From assembly GCF_036365525.1 (NCBI RefSeq), contig NC_090421.1:6576725-6640724 (forward strand): a stretch of 64,000 nucleotides of DNA, in the 5' to 3' direction. Numbering within the stretch: position 1 is the first letter of the stretch; the number at the start of each line of letters is the position of its first letter. The position numbers and the translations under genes were made by a program. Under the pieces are notes generated by a model. The model saw only the letters and a program-made list of their open reading frames with translations. It did not search any database and was not told where the DNA came from. Shown piece by piece: positions 1 through 13,963 of the stretch. The DNA is from Heterodontus francisci (Eukaryota).

Positions 1-912
1 GTGGAATTCCTGCATCTGATGGGGGAGTAACTGACCAATGGTATGGAAGATCAGTCCACCAACCCTGAACATGTGACTGCGCTTGCCACGCTGTACAATG
101 CTAGCGATCTGCTTCACCTCATCTCTCTGAATATAGACACGGCGGTAAACAGCAAAACACCTAATTTCCTGCTCGTTAGCTCCTTTCAGTTTGTGCTGAC
201 TGCAAAGCATGGTCTTGTCCTTAAAAAACATACAACGGGCACGGATAGCACAAGCAAAATGATAGGTGTTTGGGCATCGGACCCGATGGCAACCTGTAGT
301 GGCTCCAGTCTTCTGACAAAAAGCACACTTTGTGGTGAGTCCTCGGTGGAAAGCCACTTCCACATTTATCAGCGCCCCTGCCTGAGTCTCATACACTTCA
401 GAGGACCATAATGCACAGTTTAGGTGGACCCACAAATCCAAATCAAGGTTCAAGAGTCTTGCAGGTCCATCTGTTATGCCATCACCTTCTTCATGACAGA
501 AACAGCACCGCCTACCGTCCTTGGGCATGGGGTCTGGTTTTAATGATGTCCCCAGTTTCTGAATCAGCTCCTCAATTTCATGCTGAGATATGTGTTTAAA
601 CTTCCCTTTGTGAAATATGACTTTAAATTCCAAACGTTTCCAACGGATTCCCCTCCACCTCTTCATTTGTGGCTGAGGTTCCTCAAACTGCTTTTCATCC
701 AGCGGGAGAGGATGCTTGATCTTTGGTGACTCAATCGGTGGGTCAGGTTTACTTGACTCTGCTGGAGTCCCAGGTGACGATACACTTGGGGATGAGGGTG
801 GAGAGCTCTCTGGTTGTATTATGGGAAGCTGGTGAACATCGAGGATAGACATATTATTACTATAATGATGCATCACAATTCTTTCCTTCGTTGGACAGTC
901 TGAAGAAGTTTG
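1..912 (-). CDS. KMT2D: KMT2D exon (exon 48 equivalent, cut by window edge): extended PHD finger and start of FYRN
   Basis: ttttcag|CAA ACT...; hand translation gives KRWRGIRWKR, RRCCFCHEEGDGITDGPARLLNLDLDLWVHLNCALWSSEVYETQAGALINVE, YHFACAIRARCMFFKDKTMLC, MFRVGGLIFHTIGQLLPHQMQEFH. Missed by the ORF track because it runs off the window. Confidence 0.97.
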
Positions 913-1720
913 CTGAAAAGAAAAAGCAAAAACAGCCATAATATCTTGAAACAAAAACATTAGTTATCAATATATTCTTTAAAATGAAAATCAATTGCTC
1001 CACCAAAAAAACTTTACAAAGTACATCATCCAAAATTCCATCACTCACATCCTACTGTACACCAAGATCAACTCCCCATTATCCCTGTTCCAAACAACTT
1101 CCATTTTCCAATGCATTGCTTTCAGAATTCTTGACCCCACCTGCAAGTGCCACCATGGATTTGCTTTTCCCGACCTCTACAACTTCCTGTAGCCTTATGT
1201 TTCAGCATGTACCCTCTACTCTTCCAACTCTGGCCTTTTTTGCATGCCTGATTGCCTCTGCTCCATCTTTGGCAGAACAGCATGCAGCCATCTTACACAA
1301 CACTTCAATGCTCTACTTAAACATTTCCAAATTGCTACTGTTCTCCCCTCCTACAGAAGTGTCTTAAAACTCATCTGTTTGTTCATGACTCCCATCCCTT
1401 GTCCCACAATTTGTTCAGACCTCTATGAAAACTTTGGGACATTTTATTTTAAATTCACTCGTGAAGCCGTGGAAAATCTATCATATATGTGAACATAAAG
1501 AATTAAGGGTAAGACAGACCATAAGGCCCAATGATCATTCTATCCATCAGATGCTGTAACATTGTGTACCAGCATCCCTAATCACTGGTAATAGTCCTGG
1601 AGGGGTGGGGAGAAGCAAATAAAAAAATAAAAAGTGGTTAATTTCAAGAAAATTGGGAAATTCTTCATGGATTCCCAGGGACTCCCACAGGGAGCGCTTT
1701 GGCTGAGAGAATATACATAC

Positions 1721-1854
1721 CGGTGTAGCAGTTGCCAGCTCCTTTCCTGGCGTCTTAAGAATAGAGCCTGGTAATGTGACATCATACTGTTTGAACCAAT
1801 TATGTTTTTCCTGCACCAGTTTATCCAGGTCCATTGATTCTTCCTTGGAGCCCA
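1721..1854 (-). CDS. KMT2D: KMT2D exon (exon 47 equivalent), 134 bp
   Basis: ttcttag|TG GGC... encodes VGSKEESMDLDKLVQEKHNWFKQYDVTLPGSILKTPGKELATATP (human DWLKQFDAVLPG); donor CCG|gtatgt. Confidence 0.89.
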
Positions 1855-2046
1855 CTAAGAAAACCAGAAAAAGTTACAACCATTAATAATAACCAACTAA
1901 CATCCCAAGCTGGTTTAAAGAAAAGTGGTAAAAATGTTGGCAATTTAAATGTAGATGGTTGTTCTGACCCCCAAATAGGCAGTAATTTAGGGAAAAGCCA
2001 CTGGGACATTGCACTATACATTAAAGGGACATACAGGGCTGACAAC

Positions 2047-2195
2047 CAATGTTCCCTCGCATTTTTCTTTACGTGCACAGCCTGTTTGTTGCACTACGCT
2101 GCACGGCTGGGCATGCATGCATCTTAAGGGGAATGTTGATTGCGACCTATTTGCTGCACTGCACAGCACGTTCGTGCAGCTTAGAGGGAACATTG
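2047..2195. mobile_element. hAT-type MITE
   Basis: TIRs caatgttccctc / gagggaacattg; 8-bp TSD ctgacaac / ctgacaag. Confidence 0.8.
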
Positions 2196-3315
2196 CTGAC
2201 AAGTCATGTGATCTTGCTCCACATCTCATTTATATATAAGCCTTATTTTGAAAGTGCACTTTCGTTCCTTTGAAAAGTAGGTAGGGGCACTAAGACTAGC
2301 TTGATGTAAAGTATTAGTTACACATGCAACGGAAAGGAAGGTCCATATTAACACCAAAGGGGACTTGCAGGAAGGGAGCTCATATATGAAATGCTGAAAT
2401 TCAGTTCAAGAATTGTGGTTTTGGACGAACACATTCTCATTCATTTCCTGACAACATCGAAAAACAATATGCTGAAAAGCAGAGGTATGTTCCTCCATAA
2501 TAGTTTCAAGGCACTTGTTTCCTTGGGCTGGAAGATCAGAAAACAATGTTTTGTAAAAATATGCATTAGTTCGTAGACTTGCCTCTGCAAATAATATCAG
2601 TGAGAGTAATCTGCTGCACAGTGGCATACGATATGGCCACTGCACAAACAGAATGAACTAACTTTCACTAGGATGCATCTCCCTGACACAGAACATATTC
2701 GATAGGTGGTTGAATGAAAAGAAAATAAAGTGATATGGAAACTGAGTCAGCAAATGGGTTTCGAGCTATTGCTCATGTGGAGGATATCAACAAAGACTGG
2801 TTGGACTGAATGGCCTGTTTCAGTGTTGTAATGTCTATATAATTCTTTGTATGGTGCATGCTGAAATAGATATTTGCTTAATCATCTTTTGAGATGGGGA
2901 AGTTTAGGGAAATATTCTGCAGAACTTTCCTTTGAGGGAGTGGGGGTCAAGCATATGACAGGGAGGATTTGTATGCTGCCTGTGGAAGCAGAGTTAGTGA
3001 ATCCAATAGCCTTTTCTCATTATTTTAAATGTTAGCATATGCAGATTGACAGGAAGTGATGCAAGATGACCATTTATTTTGAATACAGAGCTAGTAAGGG
3101 AATCAACTATGTGGCAAATCCCCATCTTAGTGAAAATATAGGATGGAAAGGGCGAATATGCAGAATCCTCAACTTACAAGGTGCAAAATCAGTTTAAAAA
3201 CTCAGTTTATTTGAAAAGAAATGAGTATAACAATGAAGTCATCCTTGGGTCGTTACTTTTCACTTATGGACAGATTGGATCTCACATTGTCCATGGGCAA
3301 TATCACATACTGAAA

Positions 3316-3458
3316 CAAAAGCAAAATATTGCGGATGCTGGAAATCTGAAATAATAGAAATGCTGACGAAAAATCATCGACCTGAAATGTTAACTTTTTT
3401 TCTCTCTCTACAGATACTGCCTGACCTGAGTATTGCCAGCATTTTCTGTCTTTATCTC
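3316..3458. repeat. Dispersed repeat remnant, possibly Penelope-like terminal repeat, partly self-inverted
   Basis: gcggatgctggaaatctgaa...cctgaaatgttaac...acagatactgcctgacctgagtattgccagcattttctg; related copies at about 32372-32465, 47040-47147 and 59556-59615. Family assignment is by recall only. Confidence 0.5.
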
Positions 3459-3606
3459 ATCCTGAAAGCCCAATTGTTGCTTTCAAAAGTTCTATTTGTC
3501 AGTCTGCAAGGAACACCACTCCTAAAAACGGGCACCAACCTATTGTGAACTGATTCCGTGTGACAGGCATTAATGACTTTCTTCTGGAAAGGTACATTAC
3601 AGATAC

Positions 3607-3748
3607 CTTGGTCAGGGATTTCCAATGTGGCTTTTTTCCCATCGGGTAGAAAAGAACATGGACTGTCTGGAACAGATGTAACCTCATAGGAACCTGGGAT
3701 TTTCATCTGAAGCAACTGAGCAAAAGCGGTCATCATTCTGTTTATATC
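3607..3748 (-). CDS. KMT2D: KMT2D exon (exon 46 equivalent), 142 bp
   Basis: gttatag|GAT ATA AAC... encodes DINRMMTAFAQLLQMKIPGSYEV...EIPDQ; donor G|gtatct. Confidence 0.91.
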
Positions 3749-4334
3749 CTATAACAAATACAGTAGAAATGTAATAACAAGTAATTGAAAACAGGCTTAT
3801 GAAAAGTTTCTATTATTTCCCCATCTCATTTCTTCGTACCTATAATTTGTTTCATCCCAAAAATGTATTTTTGAAGTGTCAATATGTGCAAAATTCTTAT
3901 TACATTTTGTACCACAACGCCGTATGAGAAATAGGGGAAAATGTCTTTATTTTATGTTGAAGAACTTTGAAAGAAGTAGTTAAGATTTTTTTCCAAAAAT
4001 ATACTCCATTCATAAAATTTGTAAAAGTACATTCCATAATATTTCAAATTGGCCATTACAGAAAGTGCAAAATGCTTCAAGTGCCATACAGCACGTGGCA
4101 CTCTGAGGTGCCTCAATACAAATACAATTACACAATGAAACATACAGCCTGAGGGGTTGTACAGTTTCCAACCCCTCAGTATACTGTGGCAGGTAGGCCT
4201 TAGACTGTGGCCTTTCCCTATTCAGCCTTTGTGGCGGCTGCCCCAAGCTTTAGTTTGTCCCTCAGCACAACACTGACTTCCATGAACCAAACTCAAAATG
4301 GAGATCAGAAATTACTTTTAAATGATATATGTAC

Positions 4335-4477
4335 CTTAGCAGCAGTTCCTGAGACGGTGAGTGTGACTGCAACCTGGTTTCCTTTACCACTCTTCCATGG
4401 GCCAGAGAAAGATACACCCTTTTCAGTATTTTCCACAAATGGCTCTGTATTTACAAATGGCTTTGTATCAGGAAATG
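4335..4477 (-). CDS. KMT2D: KMT2D exon (exon 45 equivalent), 143 bp
   Basis: ccttag|CA TTT CCT... encodes AFPDTKPF...WKSGKGNQVAVTLTVSGTAAK; donor AAG|gtacat. Confidence 0.92.
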
Positions 4478-4756
4478 CTAAGGAGGAAGCAAGTATTAAA
4501 AAGGACAAATTAGCAATTCAAATGAACTGAAGCGTGTACTTACCAACCAACAAACATCAAATACTGCATATGCTTGTTTGTTTTTTTAAATTATAAAATA
4601 TTACATAATTTGCAAGGTCTGATTTAATTATTTGAACAGAAGTATCCTCCACATATTGCATGAGTAAGACCAAATTTAAAGACACGTTGATAATGTAATG
4701 TTGTTCAGATGTGATCTTTATGCTGCCCTTTTCCTACACAGTAAAGAGATAACATT

Positions 4757-7280
4757 AACCACACTGTAGGACAGGGTATAAAGGAAGAAATAATGGCAGC
4801 TTGTCAGAAAGGTACAGCAATAATTATGGGGGATTTTAACCTACACATAGACTGGAAAAATCAGATGGGCAGAGGCAGCCTAGATGAGGAGTACATAGAA
4901 TGTTTTCAGGATAATTTCTTGGAACAATACATTTTGGAGCCAACCAGAGAGCAGGCTTTACTAGACCTGGTATTGTACAACAAAATAGGTTTAATTAATG
5001 ACCTCATAGTTAAGGCGCCCCGAAGTAGCAGGGATCATAATATGATTGAACTTTAAATTCTGTTTGAGGGAGAAGAGAGTGTCCAGGACTAGTATTTTAA
5101 ACTTAAATAAGGGCAATTATGAGGGCATGAAAGCAGGGCTAGCTAAAGTGAACTGGCAAATCAGGTTAAGGGATAGGTCAGTAGAGATGCAGTGGCAGAC
5201 ATTTAAGGGGATATTTCAGAATACACAGAATAGATACATTTCAACGAGAAAGAAAAATTCCACGGGTGGGACCCGCCATCCGTGGTTAACTAAAACAGTT
5301 AAAGATAGTATCAAACCTAAAGAAAAAGCCAATAATTGCGCAAAGATGGGAGGCAGGTCAGATGATTGGACAAAATTTAAAAAACAGCAAAGAATGACTT
5401 AAAAAATTGATAAGGAAGGTAAAATTAGAGTATGAGAGAAAGCTAGCTAGAAATATAGATAGATAGTAAGAGTTTCTATAGATATTTAAAAAAGAAAAGA
5501 GTTAAAGTGAGTGTTGGTCCTATAAAAAGTGAGTCTGGGGAATTAATAATGGATAATAAGGAGATGGCAGATGAATTGAACAGATATTTTGCATCAGTCT
5601 TCACTATTGAGGATACAAGTAACATCCCAGTATTAGCTGTACGTCAGGAAATGGAAGGGAGGGAGGAACTCAAGAAAATTACAATCACCAGGGAAGTGGT
5701 ACTAAACAAATTGTTGGAGCTGCGGGCTGACAAGTCCCCAAGTCCTGATGGACTTCATGCTAGGGTGTTAAAAGTGGCGGCTAGTGAGATAGTTGATGCA
5801 TTAAGTTTTAATTTTCCAAAATTCTTTAGATTTGGGGAAGGTTCCTCTTAGACTGGAAAATAGCGAATGTAACTCCTTTAATCAAAAAAGGAAGGGAGAA
5901 AGCAGAAAACTACAGGCCAGTTAGCTTAACATCTGTCTTAGGGAAAATGTTAGAAGCTAAAATTAAAGACGTTATAGCAGGGCATTTACAAAAATTTAAG
6001 GTAATCAGGCAGAGTCAACATGGTTTTGTGAAAGGGAAATCATGTTTAACCAATTTATTGGAGTTCTTTGAGGGAGTTACATGTGCTGTGGATGAAGGGG
6101 AACTGGTGGATGTATTGTACTTAGATTTTCAGAAGGCATTTGATAAGGTGCCACATCAAAGGTAATTGCAGAAAATAAAATCTCATGGTGTGGGGGGTAA
6201 TATATCGGCATGGATAGAAGGTTGGCTAGCTAACAGGAAACAGAGAGCAGGCATAAATGGGTCATTTTCTGGTTGGCAAGATGTAACAAGTTCCGCAGGG
6301 ATCAGTGCTGGGGCCTCAACTATTTACAATTTATATAAATAACTTAGATGAAGGGACCGAAGGTATAGTTGCAAAATTTGCTGATGACACAAAGATAGGT
6401 AGGAAAGTAAGTTGTGAAGAGGACTAAGGGGACTACAAAGGGATATAGATAGGTTTAGTGAGTGGGCAAAGATCTGGCAAATGAAGTATAATGTGGGAAA
6501 ATGTGAAATTGTCCATTTTGGCAGGAAGAATAAAAAAGAAGCATATTATCTAAATGGTGAGAGATTGCAGAGCTGAGATGCAGAGGGATCTGGGTGTCCT
6601 AGTGCATGAATTGCAAAAGGTTAGTATGGAAGTACAGCACGTAATTAGGAAAGCTAATAGAATGTTATCGTTTATCGCAAGGGGAATTGAATACAAAAGT
6701 AGGGAGGTTATGCTTCAGCTATAAAGGGCATTGGTGAGATCACATCTGGAGTACTGTGTACAGTACTGGTCTCCTTATTTAAGGAAGGATGTAAATGCGT
6801 TGGAGGCAGTACAGAGAAGGTTTACTAGACTAATAGCTGGAATGGGCGGGCTGTCTTACAAGGAAAGATTGGACAGGCTCGGCTTGTATCCGCTGGAATT
6901 TAGAAGTGTAAGAGGTGACTTGATTGAAACATAAGATCCTGAGGGGTCTTGACAGGGTGGATGTGGAAAGGATGTTTCCCCTTGTGGTAGAATCTCAAAC
7001 TAGGGGTCACTGTTTAAAAATAAGGGGTCACCCATTTAAGACAGAGATGAGGAGAAATTGTGTCTCTGAGGGTCTAGAGTCTTTGGAATTCTCTTCCTCA
7101 AATGGCAGTGCAAGCAGAGTCTTCGAATATTTTTAAGGCAGAGGTAGATAGATTCTTGATGAGCAAGGGGGTGGAAGGGGTAGGTGGAAATGTGGAGTAA
7201 TCTGTTCAGCCATGAACTTACTGAATGGCAGAGCAGGCTCGAAGGGCCGTGCGGCCTACTCCTGCTCCTAATTCGTATGT
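4757..7280 (+). mobile_element. CR1 LINE, 5'-truncated (endonuclease C-term, RT, 3' UTR), frameshifted
   Basis: ORF pieces IIMGDFNLH, QHGFVKGKSCLTNLLEFFE, YLDFQKAFDKV, HLEYCVQYWSP; 3' tail ggcctactcctgctcctaattcgtatgt. Confidence 0.93.
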
Positions 7281-7987
7281 ACTTGCCCTGGGCCAACACC
7301 AAAGTTCTTCCCCCAAATGAGGAACAAAAATAAGGCACAACACTAATTACAGTATATCCCAAAGAGAGGGTCTAAACTTGATGACTTATGTGAAGGAAGC
7401 CTGAACTCAAAAATGAAAAATTCAAAACAGGTAATCAAGGTCGTCTTCATTCTATCACTGCTACACTATAATTTAAATTCCAACTGACTTGAGAGAATAG
7501 GGAGAGGCTTGGCCATTCAGATGTCACCTTCAATAGACATTTAGAATGTAACCTGAAAACTGCCCAGTTCAGCTGCAATTAATCAACAACTCCTCCGGCT
7601 GAAACCAGGACTATCAGAAGAACAGCATTTCATCAATAAATTCCAACTGAAGGACATAGAGGTTCAAATAGAGGATAAATAAGATTAATACCAAATTTAG
7701 ATCCCAAAGTAGTAAGGTAGCCATTAATCAAGTAGAATTAGATTCTCAAGTCCTTCGCATAAAAACTGAAATACAGAAATGGTCTCCAAGAAAAGCTTTA
7801 AGAAACGAGGAAATGCTGCTACAGCTGTAGTATAAGTTTAATTTGCACCGGGGTCCTCCCAAAGTAGACTGAAAACCAATGTTAACCCATTGTACTCAAC
7901 TCTAAATGTTGAAGCAATTCAGAAGCCACTGTGAAATATCCTTTCAAAAATCAGTGGTACATGCAGCACCGCAGGCTGAAAAGTAGT

Positions 7988-9592
7988 TGTTACGGCCAGG
8001 TGAGGAGGGGGGTCTCTGGCTCCCCTCGTGCCCCTTCCTCTTATTTGACCGCAACAGGGTCTATTCCTTTTAAACAATGGTTGTGCTTACCACCTCTGAG
8101 AGTGTTTTACTTTTTTCCATTACTGTGACTGTGAAAGAACCAATTGGACAGGTTTTCTTGAGTTTAAACAAGAAAGAGGTAAGTTTATTATACTTAACAC
8201 GCTAACCCGATTTAAAAATACGCTACACCTTCATGCACACATTCACAGGAGAATCACACACACACGTAAATTACAGGAGGGAAAATAGATTTTGTGGTTG
8301 GATTAAAGTCCAGAATAAATGGAACTTAAATACAGTCTGTAAAGCGGGTGATCCAGTAGTCCTCAGCTGAAGCTGTATTCTTGAAGTTTTTGGTTGGTCA
8401 ACGTGCACTTTGGCTGGCCTGCTTTGCTCAGAGTTTTCCTGAAGGCAGAATTGGTAGTTGACTCTCTTCCTCTGGTTGCTGGCTATAGCAGTCTGTCGGC
8501 ATGCAGGGTCCCCCAGTCGCAGACGGCTCCCACCTGATGTTTTCACGGGGGGGTGNNNNNNNNNNNNNNNNNNNNNNNNNNNNNNNNNNNNNNNNNNNNN
8601 NNNNNNNNNNNNNNNNNNNNNNNNNNNNNNNNNNNNNNNNNNNNNNNNNNNNNNNNNNNNNNNNNNNNNNNNNNNNNNNNNNNNNNNNNNNNNNNNNNNN
8701 NNNNNNNNNNNNNNNNNNNNNNNNNNNNNNNNNNNNNNNNNNNNNNNNNNNNNNNNNNNNNNNNNNNNNNNNNNNNNNNNNNNNNNNNNNNNNNNNNNNN
8801 NNNNNNNNNNNNNNNNNNNNNNNNNNNNNNNNNNNNNNNNNNNNNNNNNNNNNNNGACTGTACACTTAGTTACTTCTTGTTTCTTTGCTGTGTAACAAAA
8901 CTTGTTTCTTCAGAGATGAACAGGCAGTCACATGGTTCTTCTCAATCCCCTTGGTTTCTAATGAGGTTTTTCTGGAATCTTCTAATGAAATTCAAGGGGG
9001 TTGTCTCTTTCAAAGTCAATGGGTGTGGATGGCCTTGACTGCCATGCTAATGAAGCCACTTTAGGTAATTCAATCACTTAGAGAAAGCCATTGTCCTGGC
9101 TGGACTTCTCGTTAGACTTTTTGTCTCCAGTCCAAACTCCTGCTATTTCAGATGTAAATGGCAGTGGCCATCTTGGCTGCTAGCTTTTTTAAAAGTTAAC
9201 TTGTAGGATTTTTTTCATTATGAGTCTAAGGTAAGTTTCCAACCGATTAAATTACTATTTCCCATTTGGCATATAGGGTTTTCCCGACACCGCTGTACCA
9301 CGCAGAATGAAATGCAATGATAGGAGCATTTCATTAAAGGAGTGGAAAAGAAAAAAAAGAAAACACATTCATTCTCATTCACTCCCCAAATTCACTCATT
9401 AATCTTAGAATTGTTGCAGCTGGTTTTTCTCTGCAACAGCAATGCTGATTTAAATTTTTTGGAATTTTGTCAGGTATGGGCATGTGTTGTCAAATGGGGT
9501 TACTTGTGGGGTTTTTTCCATTAGAAGTCTAAGCTCAGTTTCCAACTGATAAAATTAATAATTCCCATTTGGTATATAGGGTTTTCCTGACA
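7988..9592 (-). mobile_element. LTR retrotransposon remnant (full 3' LTR plus about 100 bp of 5' LTR), interrupted by an assembly gap
   Basis: TG...CA termini; duplicated terminal segment at about 9196-9289 and 9500-9592; flanking aagtag repeat; homologous LTR start at 63489. Confidence 0.6.
8556..8855. other. Assembly gap, 300 N
   Basis: Run of N characters. Confidence 1.
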
Positions 9593-10559
9593 AAGTAGAT
9601 TGTGCTTGGCACATAGTCATGCACCTTCCTGTAGAGCAAGTACCATACTCTAGATTGAAGAACCAGTAGGTTGATAATGAGACATTTTATCAATTATTCT
9701 AAATTTGACACCTATAAACATCAAGTCATACTTTAGTTTCAACGTATTAATAAATGGCCAGAAATCAATTTTTTTTTTTTAAAAAGGAGAGAACTTACAA
9801 ACTGTTTCAAAATGGCCATCCCTGCCCTCTTTCTCCAAGATTCCCAGCCCCTAATAGCGGGTGTATATTCGCCCAAACTATGAATTTAAAGCTACTTGTG
9901 CAGAGCACATTGCCGACCCCACCTTGTGCCGACTGCGCCCTTTTCAATGGGTGGAACGTTTTTCAAATTTGACTTCCCAGACTCCTAGATGCCTCGGTCA
10001 TCAGGACTATGTTGCTCTACCGGACGACAGCTGTTGTGACTCTGCTCTGCTAATCAATCACTTCAAGTTTTAATGTAACCTATGCTAGCCTGCAGTGGCC
10101 ATACTCCACCTGCTGACTGTACATCAAGAAACTTCTGGTTTCTCAGTTTTACTTTACTACTGTCTGGCTCTTGGACAGAAATTCACTTTCTCCTGGGCAG
10201 ATGTCTACTTCTCTGAATCCTTCGGAGTTTCACTGTGACTTACACCTTCTAGACAGTGTATATTCTCTGCTGGACTGCCTCTGTTCTAGTACCCAGTCTG
10301 TTCCTGCATCCTCCATTTTCTGCTCCTCTAAACAAGAATTTATCACTATGCTAAGCTAGCATTGCTCTGTTCCTATCCTGCTCTGCATTCTGCTCCATTG
10401 TTGCCTACTGTCCTTTGCTTTACCACTTCCCACTTGTTTCCCAATGCCACCAACTCCATTCATCCCTCTGCTGATGCACTGGATCCGCTAATGTGCGCTG
10501 CCAATCACCGATACCATTACTTACCTCCGTTGGACCCCTGTGGATCAACATCAGCATCT

Positions 10560-13500
10560 CTCACTCTAGAATATCCGTTAAGGCCCTTGCCATCCACAAC
10601 CTTCCTGAAGCTTCCTGCCTGGCTATACATCCCACCATCTGCCCCGCCCAAACCATCATGATGGCAGCATGGCCATTATCATCAACACTCACTTTGGTGT
10701 CTCACCCTATTCCTTTGGCTCCTTCAACCACCTCATCAAGAGCCAGACAGTAGAAAAGTACAACTGAGAAACTAACAGCTTCCTGATGTACAGTCAGTAG
10801 TAAGGGATGAGCACTGTAGGCTAGAATAGATGTGTTATCACCTCGGAAATATGTGCCCGTCTTTCCCACCTTACTCACCACTCCTTTAAATACCTCGTTC
10901 TCTACTGTCCATCCAAGTGCCACCCCAGGTTTCTCACTGCGATATCCTCACTCCTTTTCTCTCTCAGCAACTCTTCATTCTTGGTATTTTCAACCTCCAT
11001 CACGACTCATCTTGCCCTCTCTTCTCTGGGTTCACTGACCTCCCTTAACCTCTCCCTCCACATTCAATCCTACCCACATACACGGCCATCCCCTTGACCT
11101 TGCTATCTCACATGGTCTCTCCATTCCTATTATTTCAATCATACACAAATCCATCTCTGATCCCATCCCAATATCCTTCACCACTCTCATACCCCCTCCA
11201 ACCCCACTTCCTTCTGCATCTGCCTCTGTAAAAAAACTCAACTTACAACTGCATCTTCAAACTCCCAATTGGCTAGCTTACAGCCCTCCATTCACCAGAA
11301 TACTTCTGCAGATATGCTTACTCACTCCCTCATTTCCACCTTTCATGCTGTGGTCCAATAAAACCCTTACTCTCCCTCACCTTGGCTGTCTCCTGGTATG
11401 TCCCTATTTTCACTCACGAGTCCAGGGGTCACAAAGAACAATACAGCACAGGAACAGGCCATTCGGCCCTCCAAACCTGCGCTGATCTTGATGCCTGCCT
11501 AAACTAAAACCTTCTGCACTTCCGGGGACCGTATCCCTCTATTCCCATCCTATTCATATATTTGTCAAGATGCTTCTTAAACGTCGCTTTCGTACCTGCT
11601 TCCACCACCTCCCCCGGCAGCAAGTTCCAGGCACTCATCACCCTCTGTGTAAAGAACTTGCCTCGCACATCCCCTCTAAACTTTGCCCCTCTCACCTTAA
11701 ACCTACGTCCCCTAATAACTGACTCTTCCACCCTGGGAAAAAACTTCTGACTATCCACTCTGTCCATGCCACTCATAACTTTGTAAACCTCCATCATGTC
11801 GCCCCTCCACCTCCGTCGTTCCAGTGAAAACAATCCGAGTTTATCCAACCTCTCCTCATAGCTAATGCCCTCCAGACCAGGCAACATCCTGGTAAACCTC
11901 TTCTGTACCCTCTCCAAAGCCTCCACGTCCTTCTGGTAGTGTGGCGACCAGAATTGCACGCAATATTCTAAGTGTGGCCTAACTAAGGTTCTGTACAGCT
12001 GCAACGACTTGCCAATTTTTATACTCTATGCCCCGACCAATGAAGGCAAGCATGCCGTATGCCTTCTTGACTACCTTATCCACCTGCGTTGCCACTTTCA
12101 GTGACCTGTGGACCTGTACGCCCAGATCTCTCTGCCTGTCAATACTCCTAAGGGTTCTGCCATTTACTGTATACCTCCCACCTGCATTAGACCATCCAAA
12201 ATGCATTACCTCACATTTGTCCGGATTAAACTCCATCTGCCATTTCTCCGCCCAAGTCTCCAACCGATCTATATCCTGCTGTATCCTCTGACAATCCTCA
12301 TCACTATCTGCAACTCCACCAACCTTTGTGTCGTCCGCAAACTTACTAATCAGACCACCTACATTTTCCTCCAAATCATTTATATATACTACAAAGAGCA
12401 AAGGTCCCAGCACTGATCTCTGCGGAACACCACTAGTCACATCCCTCCATTCAGAAAAGCACCCTTCCACTGCTACCCTCTGTCTTCTATGACCGAGCCA
12501 GTTCTGTATCCATCTTGCCAGCTCACCTCTGATCCCGTGTGACTTCACCTTTTGTACCAGTCTGCCATGAGGGACATTGGTTATCTAGTGCACAACTGGT
12601 TTAGCCATTCAAGCTAGATCTGGTTAGTCCACGTTAAGCATTACTGGGCACTGATCTCTTCTGCCAAAATTACTCACTAATCCAAGATCATGCTCGAATG
12701 CAAAAATAACGTCCATCTTCTTTTCTCCACCATCAACTGTCTTCTTAAACTCCTCTCCCCTTCACCCTCATTTCCAGCAAGTATGAAGATTTATGTCACT
12801 AAGTTCAAAGACCATCCATTCAGCTGCCTCAGTCACTTCCCTCCCTTTGCCAAGCCCAAGCCAAATTTTCCCCTGTCTTAGCCCTGAACCCACATCTTTC
12901 TCTAATTCCTCTCTCCCCCATACCCTCTCCAAGCTCATGTTTTCCACAAGACCCATCTCCTGCTTTTTCAACCCTATTGCCACTAAACCGTTGACCACCC
13001 AACAGCCCTTCCCAGCCCCCATGCTCGCTGACATTATATATGGTTCCCTTTCCTCGAGTATCATCTACCACCTTTTCAAAACAACTAACACCCCATCCTC
13101 AAAAAAACCCACCTTCAACTTGTTTGGCCTTGCTCAGCACTGGCCCATCTCCAATGTCCTTCAATGTGTTGTCACCTCGCAAATCTGTGTCCATCTTTCC
13201 CATAACTCCATGACTGAATCTCTCAGGTTTCTGCCCCTACCACAACACTGAAATAGCCTGGGTCAAAATCACAAATGACACCCTCTGTGCACTATCTCTC
13301 GTCATCCTTTGCATCCAGTCTGCAGCCTTTGACATAGTCAACCACATCATCCTCGTCCAACGCCTCTACTCCACTATCCAGCTGAATGGACTGCCCTTGC
13401 TTGGTTCCACTCTTAAATATCCAGTTGAAGCCAGAGAATCTCTTGAAATAGCTTCTCTTTGCATCCCTGCACCGTTACCTCTGCCGGTATATCCTTGGCC

Positions 13501-13720
13501 CTCTCAGATACACCTACATGCTGCCCCTTGGCGACATTACCCAAAGGCACGTACGCTGACACACAGCTCTGCCTTTCCACCAGCTCTCTTGACCCCTTCA
13601 ATACCTCCATATCACCAGCCTGCTTTGCTTGCCTGAACACCCAGACCTGGATGATGTGCAATTTCCTCCTATTCAACGTTGGGAAGGCCAAAACCATCCC
13701 CTTTGCCAACCAGAGGCTCA
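10560..13720 (+). mobile_element. Old, decayed L2-clade LINE interrupted by a CR1
   Basis: C/T-rich; endonuclease-like KALAIHNL and PTHIHGHPLDLAISHG; RT remnants (SAAFDIVNH, YADTQL, NVGK). Confidence 0.7.
11431..12577 (-). mobile_element. CR1 LINE 3' portion (young), nested in L2
   Basis: ORFs 11979-12548 (SGVPQ, KFADDTK) and 11504-12004 (HLEYCVQFWSP); CR1 tail. Confidence 0.93.
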
Positions 13721-13787
13721 GGCTGAGCCAGACGGCTTTAGAGAAAGAGCATTACTTGAATACCAATTACTAATTTCTCTCACTGAC

Positions 13788-13963
13788 CTGGGATGCAAGC
13801 TCCTGGAATTATGGGAATTACAGGAGAAAGGGCACGATCCATTGACTCTTCCTTAATTTCAGTCAGCAAGGGAAACCTGGATGTTTCCTGTCCAAACACA
13901 CTTTCTGGTGAGGATGCTGGCACAATGCTGTCTGGAGTGTGTCTGTCCTCTTCCAACTCTGCT
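13788..13963 (-). CDS. KMT2D: KMT2D exon (exon 44 equivalent), 176 bp (NAGNAG alternative start 13966)
   Basis: tcaacag|tag|A GCA GAG... encodes AELEEDRHTPDSIVPASSPESVFG...DRALSPVIPIIPGACIP; donor G|gtcagt. Confidence 0.92.

Noticed and set aside
43-599. Plus-strand ORFs at the left edge
   Set aside because: Shadows of the minus-strand ePHD exon.
8428-9038. ORFs containing X runs
   Set aside because: Artefacts of the 300-N gap.
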